A DNA stretch of 64,000 nt, taken from positions 53,506,001-53,570,000 of the forward strand of contig OZ024745.1 in the NCBI GenBank assembly GCA_964016885.1, read 5' to 3'. Shown in pieces: positions 54,200 through 64,000 of this stretch (positions within the stretch are counted from its first letter, which is position 1; every line of letters begins with the position of its first letter). Under the pieces are notes generated by a model, which was not told where the DNA came from, made no database searches, and saw nothing but the letters and a program-made list of their open reading frames with translations. A program made the translations under genes and the position numbers. This stretch comes from Eledone cirrhosa. Its lineage: Eukaryota.

Positions 54200-55625
54200 A
54201 TATATGTGCGTGTGTGTGAATGTATGTATCATGTATTATGTGTGTATGTATGTATCATGTATTATATGTATACGCATGTATTATATATTATGTATTATGT
54301 GTGTATGTATATATGTATGTATGTATGTATGTATTATGTATTATATATTATGTATTATGCGTATGTATATATGTGTGTATGTATGCATTATGTATTATGT
54401 ATTATGTATTATGTATTATGTAATATGTGTGTGTGTAGGTATTATGTATTATGAATTATGTAATATGTGTGTATGTAGGTATTATGTATTATGTATCATG
54501 TGTGTATGTATGTATATGTGTATGTATGTATTATGTACGTATGTGTGTATTAGGAATTATGTATTATGTATGTATATGTGTATGTATGTATTATGTATGT
54601 GTATGTGTGTATGTATGTATTATGTATTATGTGTGTTTGTGTTTATGTGTGTATGTATGTATTATGTATTATGTGTGTGTGTGTTTATGTGTGTATGTAT
54701 GTATTATATATTATGTGTGTGTGTTTATGTGTGTATGTATTATGTATTATGTGTGTGTGTGTGTGTTTATGTGTGTATGTATGTATTATATATTATGTGT
54801 GTGTGTTTATGTGTGTATGTATGTATTGTGTATTATGTGTGTGTGTGTTTATGTGTGTATGTATGTATTATGTATTATGTGTGTGTGTGTTTATGTGTGT
54901 ATGTATGTATTATGTATTATGTGTGTGTGTGTTTATGTGTGTATGTATGTATTATATATTTTATGTGTGTGTTTATGTGTGTATGTATGTATTATGTATT
55001 ATGTGTGTGTGTGTTTATGTGTGTATGTATCTATTATGTATTATGTGTGTGTGCTTATGTGTGTATGTATGTATTATGTATTATGTGTTATGTGTGTGTG
55101 TTTATGTGTGTATGTATGTATTATATATTATGTGTGTATGTATGTATTATGTATTATGTGTGTTTATGTGTGTATGTATGTATTATGTATTATGTGTGTG
55201 TGTGTTTATGTGTGTATGTATGTATTATATATTATATGTGTGTGTTTATGTGTGTATGTATGTATTATGTATTATGTGTGTGTGTGTGTGTTTATGTGTG
55301 TATGTATCTATTATGTGTGTGTGCTTATGTGTGTATGTATGTATTATGTAGTATGTGTGTGTGTGTTTATGTGTGTATGTATGTATTATATATTATGTGT
55401 GTGTGTGTTTATGTGTGTATGTATGTATTATATATTGTGTGTGTGTGTTTATGTGTGTATGTATGTATTATGTATTATGTGTATGTGTGTGTGTGTTTAT
55501 GTGTGTATGTATGTATTATGTATTATGTGTATGTGTTTATGTGTGTATGTATTATGTGTTATGTGTGTGTGTTTATGTGTGTATGTATGTATTATGTATT
55601 ATGTGTGTGTGTTTATGTGTGTATT
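54200..55625. repeat. ~40-bp minisatellite built from microsatellite modules
   Basis: Unit (gt)n-ttat-gtgtgt-atgtatgt-attatgt-attat, repeated more than 20 times. Confidence 0.9.
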
Positions 55626-56101
55626 TACATTTAGTAAATATGACAGTAAATCCATATCATAGCTTCTCAGCTTGATACCCGTGTACATTTAGGATCTTCA
55701 TCATTCACTCGGATTAACCACCACCCGGATACTGGCGAAAAACAAAGCAACGGATTTAATGGTATCGATACTCAAGTTGCATATACTATACTCTATTCGC
55801 TTTAGTTATGCCCTTTGATGTTTTCGCGCGTAAAAGCTATTGAATCAATTCCCATCCAATACATATCGATGAATGTAAGGGTGTATGTGAGTGCATGTAC
55901 ACGTTTATTGTATGTTTGCTCATGTTTAAGAGTACAGTATGTGTATGTGTGTGTAAGTGTGTAAGTGTGTATGTGTACATGCGTGTTTCTGCTTGTCTAA
56001 TTTTTTTCTATATCACTATTGATAAACCAGTCTTTGTGTGCATTTATGTAAGTTTGTATATATCTATCTATCGATCTAGCCATATATATATATATATATA
56101 T

Positions 56102-56146
<45 letters not shown>

Positions 56147-56289
56147 GTGTGTGTGTGTGTGTGAGAGAGAGAAAAAGAGTGTCTGTATAGGTGTGTGTTG
56201 TTATAAAAACAAGACTCTGCTTCAGATCGATCGTTTTTATTAAGGATTATTCGTATTTCTTATTAGTTCTTTATGTTTAGATTGGAAGA

Positions 56290-56720
56290 GTAGCGTTCCT
56301 AGATTCATGTGTGTATTACCGTTTCAAAGCGTTCACAACTCCATCTCAGGAGACACTACTAATATCAGAATATATACCAATAATTAACACACACATACAA
56401 AATACGTGAAACAATTATGTTAACTGCCATACTTCAACAGATAAGAAATTATTAATTAATCGTCCACTATTTCCTGTCATTCCCTTGATACACCACGACC
56501 TCTGCTAAGCACGTGACCAATACGCCACTAATATGACGATTCTCATTTTGAAGATGGAACCCTAATGGCTTTGAAACCTTAAAACTCATATAGATTTAGG
56601 AAGGCTACTGTTCCAACTTAAGCATAAAGAACTGATAGGGAAATACAAAAAGAAATCCTTAATAAGAATAATCAAACTTGAGCACAGTCGTATTTTCAAT
56701 ATTACACACTGTATATGTTC
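56290..56720 (+). mobile_element. Possible decayed PLE 3' end
   Basis: QETLLISEYIPIINTH at ~56347-56394 resembles the GIY-YIG terminal E.L.I....P.LN motif. A decayed tgaaga...gaaa lies near 56550. Confidence 0.35.
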
Positions 56721-56744
56721 CCTCTATATACATACATACACATG

Positions 56745-56860
<116 letters not shown>

Positions 56861-57002
56861 GATAGATAGATAGCAGCTGTTTTCAGGTTATATAACTGTT
56901 ATTGAAACACGTGTCAATAAATTCCTTTTACTGAACTGTATCCATTTAAATCCTTCTATATATATATATATTATTATTATTATATATATATATATATATA
57001 AA

Positions 57003-57172
57003 GACATTTTTTCCAATTCCAGCCCGCCCGTCCCCTCAATCTATCTCATTTCTCATTCTTTCTTCTGATGAAGAAACATTAAGCCCCTCTTCCTACTATA
57101 TCAAGTGTTAACCTAATATATTCCTTCCATTTACAGTACCGATTGTGTTGTTATTTCTGTTTACCTTTTACA
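57003..57172 (+). mobile_element. Family C fragment; ribozyme stem II deleted
   Basis: Aligns with 63008-63190 and reads tctt-CTGATGA-a-GAAA-ca-TT-aag. Confidence 0.7.
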
Positions 57173-57754
57173 TACATATATATATATTTACTTTTTCTTC
57201 TTGAATAATCTTCCCTCCATCGAAGGTGAAGCATACATAAAGTTTTTGTTCCAGATTTTCCGATCTCTTATCACAAACAAGAAGATCTCGTCCAGTGTCC
57301 TTCGGCAATAGACTCTTGGTGGTTATGTCTGGAAATTCAACTTGGGAAGAGGAATGGTTAAATACAACACAGTTCTGAGACTAATATTTACCCAGTAAAA
57401 TACTGGGTTCGATATAATCGCGTTTCCCTCCCCACAGATTGCAAACCTAGATTCAAAATCACTATTTACTCTTGTTTTGTCGACATTGTGTATTAATTGG
57501 TTTCTCGTGTAGCTAGAATATCACGCCGATTCACACAAACAAACTCCACTCGGTGTGATTTGAACATAGAACTGAAAGACGTAAATACACTCAGCATTGA
57601 TATGGGGTGGGACATTTCTAATAAAATATAGTTTTCGTTAACATTTGCACAAGGCTGAAAATATGTGAAGGTCGTAGCTATTCGATTAAAACTACGCCAG
57701 TAAAACGAATTTTAACAATATTGATAGCGATAATAATATGGGCCGTGGATTGAC

Positions 57755-57930
57755 AGTATCGGTAGAAGGTCGAACGCCATGCCAGAGCTGTGGCCCTTTA
57801 CGGTTTGAGTTCAAATCCCGCCAAGGTTAACTTTGCCTTTCATCCTTACGAGGTCGATAAAATATAGTACCAGTAATGCACTGGGATAATTGCTGGCCTT
57901 GTGCGAAAAGTAGTAACAATTATTATTATT
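57755..57930 (+). mobile_element. SINE family A
   Basis: Head, B-box-like gagttcaaatccc, core and (att)n tail. Confidence 0.85.
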
Positions 57931-58629
57931 TTACCGTAGGCACACTATCAGGACTTGTAAAAGGGGATATTATTGATTAGCGTCTACTTGGGTGGTTGAC
58001 CTAGTAAAAACAGCCTAAATCTTATACAAATTACGATCTATGGTCTTAAAATATGAAATACCATTTTGAAAACATCTGTGACTTGTAGAAAGGAGACTTT
58101 TATGCATATATGACTGCTGGTCTTCCACAGGAAAGGAACCTTCTAGGTGTAGACCCTTTGCTCTTGTGAGACACATTGGATATATAAGTACTAGCTAAAA
58201 AAATTCTAGCCATATCACAGACAATCACACTTTACTATCTTTTTTTTTTCTCTTTTTAAATTGTCATAATTGTCATAATGGATATCGGGTGTGGGGCTGA
58301 GTGTGATCACAGTTGTAATACCTTTCATCTTAAGTCTGCTTGATCGGAGTTTATCAGGGCTAAACCACAACACTTTGACTAGTTCAAGAACGTCAATAGG
58401 CTCCCGTTTTGCTAAGTTCTTAGACCTGATTTTAATTTAAGACTTTAACATTTTTCTATTTAACTTGTCCTTGCCACAGATATATGGTTAACCAATTTCC
58501 TACTCCTAACTTTGTCACAAACTGACCATCTTCAATGACATATATTCCTAGAAAGGACTTACCAGATAAAAAGAAATATATATATTTCTTCATTTTCTAA
58601 CTTTTTTTCTTTTTAGTCGTTTCATCGAA

Positions 58630-59190
58630 TTAGACTTAGTTGCTCCCACGACGTGCGACATACTGAGTCAATCAGAGCGCTCTACTTTGTCCTATATTTG
58701 GACAGACGTCCTTTGACAACTTTCTCTTGTTGAGCTGTCACAGGTTTCTTTCCTGTTAGCTTCAAGCTTATCTTGGTCTTACCTCTTCTTCTTCTTCACC
58801 CTGTTATTGCTCAATCAATAACTTAATTATTGAGTTTGTTTGCAGATCCAGGTTTTTGTGGAATGCTGCTATTATCTGACCTTTCACCATCTTGTTCAAC
58901 ACAAAATTATGCTATTTCACACTCTTGAAAGTGTCTAGTTTCTTCACGTTGGTAACCTTAACTGGCCAGGTGTTGGAATTGTAGAACAGCGTGGACAAAA
59001 TATGAGAGTTTATAGAACCCTTTTGCTCTATATCTTATACAGCTGCCTGAATGATGAGTTTGGGTTTCAAAGCTTACATTTTAATTCATGGTAGGAGTCA
59101 TTCCTATTACTGATGAAACAGTCAAGATATTTTCTTCCACAATCATTTTCTAGTCTAGTTTTGTAAACTGCTAGACTCATTATGATTATA
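58630..59190 (-). mobile_element. Heavily decayed RTE-like LINE 3' fragment
   Basis: Minus strand has a gaagaagaagaggtaagaccaag (RRRGRP-like) segment and a DK.RALIDSVC-like terminus. Confidence 0.4.
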
Positions 59191-59388
59191 CCCGAACAAT
59201 GATATTAACATTTTGGAATAAATTAATCAATTTATAAATTAATAATGGTATGCGTGTTTTGTTTTGTTTTGTTTTTCGAATCTGGTAGATGTTATTTTGA
59301 AAGAGATGTGTGAGGTTACTGTCCTTCAAATACGCAACATTCCATTTTCTGTTCTTCCTAGCAAATTATTAATATATATATACATATA

Positions 59389-59482
<94 letters not shown>

Positions 59483-59564
59483 GTGTGTATACGTGTGTTT
59501 AAACATGTGTATATATACGTGTATATTGAGTATATATGTATGTGTGTATATATATATATATTTA

Positions 59565-59642
<78 letters not shown>

Positions 59643-60939
59643 AAGGGAGATGAGGGAAGGGGAGGGTCGGTGGCCAAACGAGGTAATACGGGAAACTCGG
59701 ATTAACGATGGATGGAGCTTTAGCTTCAAATTAATTAAATCTACTTCAATTATTGCGTACTCATTATCTCCCAACATCTCTCTCTCTCTTTCTCTATCTC
59801 TCTCTCTCTATCTCTCTCTATCTTTTCTTTCTTTCTCTCTATTCATCTCTGCATCTTTCCATCTCGTTTGGACACAGACGTGCGTGTGTGCGCGTGCATG
59901 GAATGAAAACATTTGTTGTTGATGTAATTATTGATGTCTTTTTGTTGAGGTTGTTTGAATTGAATTTTTGGTGCTTTCCCTATTCTCCCATACCTTCCGT
60001 TAATTACATATGATGCGATAGAACAGCCTAACTTGGCCATCGCCCATTAATCACATATAAGGGTGTGACTAAGTAGCAATGAAGTGTTGGCTTGACTGAC
60101 AGGAAGAATTTGGAGAAACTCTGAGTAAGGGAGAGTAAGAGTAAGTGAGTGAGTGAGTGAGTGAGAGAGAGTGAGTGAGAGGGAGTGTGTGTATTGTGTA
60201 TCTGTGTTGTGTGTGTGTGTGTGTGTGTGTGTGTTTGTGTGTGTGTGTGAGGGAGAGAGAGTCAGAGCTAGTCAGAGATAGTATGTGTGTAAATGTGAAA
60301 ACGAGATATGAAGAGAGATAGAGTGTTTAAGATAGAAACAGAGAAAATGTGTATATGTGTGTGTAGTATGGATATAGGAAGTTATCTGAGAATATTAAAG
60401 CTGGAGAGAGAGAGATGGAAAGAGGAAGAGAGTGAGGGAGGAGTTGTGATTAGAAAGGTAGAAACACAGAGAATTAGAAGAAGTATGTACGCGTGTATAT
60501 GTTATATGTGTGTGAATATTCATATGTGTGCGTTTGTGTCTACGTGTATGTGTCTGCATATGTATGTGTAGATATGATGCTAAGAGCGAAAGGTAAGGAA
60601 GTGATAGTAAGGATAGAAAGATGGTAGAAGACAGAGATAGAAGGAAATGAAGCAATGAAGAGAAAAGGGTGAACAGTGTTATTTTAAATATGTCAGAATC
60701 AACGGACAAAGAGAGGGGGGGGGGGGAAAGAAGTAGAAGTTATCAGAGGTGGAGTGAATATATATTGATATCAATATAATAAACATATAGTAAACATAAT
60801 GAAAAATAACATTGAATGTTTGTATGTATATGTTAATATGTGTATATTAGTGTATATCTGTGGTTGTATATACGTATATATATCTATGGTTGAACTTATG
60901 ATATATCTATATATATATATATATATATATATATGGTTG

Positions 60940-61009
<70 letters not shown>

Positions 61010-61011
<2 letters not shown>

Positions 61012-61232
61012 AACCAATAAGACCCCGACGGCTGAGCTCAAGCCATTTCGACGGCTAATTCTGGACTAAAAAAAAGAAAAAAAAAAAAAAAAAGTCCAGA
61101 ATTAGCCGTCGAAACGGCTTGAGCTCAGCCGTCGGGGTCTTATTGGTTCCTATTACCCACTCTACTACCCTAAGTATTGAGTACTTTGGTGCGTTATGGT
61201 CCATCTGGTTCCTTACCACATTTCCTTCGTTA
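61010..61232 (+). mobile_element. Family B fragment with a 5' inversion
   Basis: Inverted arms around an A-rich loop (61068-61093), then the family 3' tail ending ttccttcgtt(ata)n. Confidence 0.8.
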
Positions 61233-61302
61233 TATATATATATATATATGGTTGTATATATGTATATATCTTTGGATGTACATATGTATATAGCTAAGGT
61301 CG

Positions 61303-61337
<35 letters not shown>

Positions 61338-61717
61338 ATGCATGTATGTATGTAAGTATGTATGTGTATGGATGTAGGTTAATGTGTGTATATATATATA
61401 TATATATATGTATGGTATATGTATGTATGTATCGATCTATGAAAATATATCTATCTATCTAAGCATGTATGTGTGTGTGTGGGGGGGGGGGGTAAGTATT
61501 TATGTATGTAGATAGATGGATAGATAGATAGAAATACGTAGCGCCGGAAGATAGAGATAAATTATGAAAGTGAGGGACTGAGAAAGATATAATACAGAAT
61601 GCATCATATCTTATATATATATATATATACATTCTCATCATATATATATATATACATTGTGAGTTTGTGTGTGAGTGTGTTTGTGTTTGTGTTTGTGCGT
61701 GTTTGTGTAATTACAAT

Positions 61718-61861
<144 letters not shown>

Positions 61862-62545
61862 AAGAACATAAGAAAAGTATAAGATCATAGAGGAGGTGGT
61901 AGAAAGAAATAAAGTATACGAATGAAAGAATGAAAGAATGAGCAGGAAGGAGGAAAAGATGAGTGAAAGGAATAATACAAAGAAGGATAGAATAGGGAAA
62001 ATTTTAAATATGAGAAGGTTAGAAAGACAATTAATGGAATGAGTATTAAAAAGAAGGAAAAGAAGGAAGCTAATAATGTTATGTTATTTTCTGAAGAAAG
62101 GGCTAATGGAATGGAGAATATAGTCGTTAATAGATTGTAGGAATAATTGCGTTTTAAGAGTAGAGGCGGTTGCATGTATATATATATATATAATAATATA
62201 TGTATGTATATATTATATATATATGTATGTATATATAAATATATATATATACATATATATATATTTATATATATTCATTATAAAGGCTTCCTTTATTTGG
62301 TTTTTCTTCTTTAAAGGGGCGGGGGACTTATTTAGAAAAATCTGCCTATTAAACGGAACCTGTATATACAAACACTTACATAGTCATACATATAGGTAGA
62401 TAAAAAAATTGCATACACACGTACACATATACATATGTATACATGCTAAATTATTCACATACATAGACGTAAATGCAGATCTACACGCATACATTCATAC
62501 AAACATACATATATATACATACATATTTTTATATATATATGTATG

Positions 62546-62613
<68 letters not shown>

Positions 62614-62638
62614 CATATTTTTATATATATATGCATAT

Positions 62639-62671
<33 letters not shown>

Positions 62672-62725
62672 CAAAATATAAATATATATATATACATATA
62701 TATATAAATATATATATATATACAT

Positions 62726-62820
<95 letters not shown>

Positions 62821-62909
62821 ATATATGAATGTATACATATATATATGTGTGTGTATATATATATGTATACATATATATATGTGTATGTATATATGAATGT
62901 ATACATATA

Positions 62910-63010
<101 letters not shown>

Positions 63011-63070
63011 AAGAAATTTGTTCCAACTCCAACCCGCTCGTCTCCAGAATCTATCTTATTTCTCATTCTT

Positions 63071-63106
63071 TCTTCTAATGAAGGACTAGCGTCCGAAACG
63101 TTAAGA
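63071..63106 (+). ncRNA. Family C hammerhead with a core substitution (CUAAUGA), probably inactive
   Basis: tctt-CTAATGA-aggac/tagc/gtcc-GAAA-cg-TT-aaga, within element ~63008-63190. Confidence 0.7.
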
Positions 63107-63185
63107 CCCTCTTCCTGCTATATCAAGGGTTAACCTAATATATACTGTACCGATTGTGTTGTTATTTCTGTTTACCTTTTACACA

Positions 63186-63264
<79 letters not shown>

Positions 63265-63345
63265 TGTTATCTTTGGGGTTGGGCATGTTGCTAATATTGC
63301 CAATATACGTAAATATATACACATACATGTAAACACACACGCACA

Positions 63346-63474
63346 CGATGATGATTTCTAAAGAATGAAACAGTTCTAGTCCTGTAGAATCTCATCTATA
63401 TTAAAACTTTTATGCTCTGCAATGTATTGAGTACCTTACTTACTGTGGTTACCTCCGATTCAACCCGGAATAAC

Positions 63475-63478
<4 letters not shown>
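63346..63478 (+). mobile_element. Family D terminus truncated inside the CUGAUGA box
   Basis: Starts gatgatttctaaagaatgaaacag; near-identical to 46984-47110. Confidence 0.85.
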
Positions 63479-63528
<50 letters not shown>

Positions 63529-63843
63529 CGCGCGCGCGTGTGTGTGCGTGTGCATGGGTGTGCATGTGAGTGTGTGTGTGTGTGTGTTCTTTTAGGTATA
63601 TTGGTTTATGTCTATGAAGTTATGTGCATTGGCTGACGTATCTTGGAGCATCGAACAGCACACACTAAATAACACATATTCCTACACACACATACTCACA
63701 CACACACTCACACACACACAGATATATATATATATACACACACATTTACATATATTATATATGTTATACATATATGCGTATGTTTTTATGAATCTGTGTA
63801 TGTGTCAATTTTGTGTGAATGTATATATATATATATATATATG

Positions 63844-63995
<152 letters not shown>

Positions 63996-64000
63996 GTAAT

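Overview
AT-rich animal intergenic or intronic DNA, saturated with microsatellites ((TA)n, (CA)n, (GA)n, (CATA)n, (GATA)n). The SINE families and repeat content suggest an octopod cephalopod (inference). I found no host protein-coding gene; almost all ORFs in the track are microsatellite read-throughs. The real coding sequence is retroelement-derived: a nearly complete Penelope-like element (PLE; RT + GIY-YIG, 29473-32961, minus) with a 1-kb inverted pseudo-LTR, several other PLE 3' fragments, two L1/Tx1-type fragments bounded by (GATA)n, a decayed R4/Dong-like RLE element next to (CATA)n, RTE and CRE-like fragments, and tRNA-type SINEs. The most striking signal is non-coding. About 15 type I hammerhead ribozyme (HHR) motifs, plus several half-ribozymes, sit in pieces inserted into (TA)n tracts. 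These include three unrelated ~545-560 bp non-coding units that are tandem or terminally redundant; two carry clear HHRs and look like retrozymes (candidate circular RNAs). Several small families have 5' truncation or inversion junctions that repeatedly fall inside the ribozyme. One PLE has an in-frame UGA at a conserved Cys. All alignments and folds were done by eye, so boundaries are approximate.
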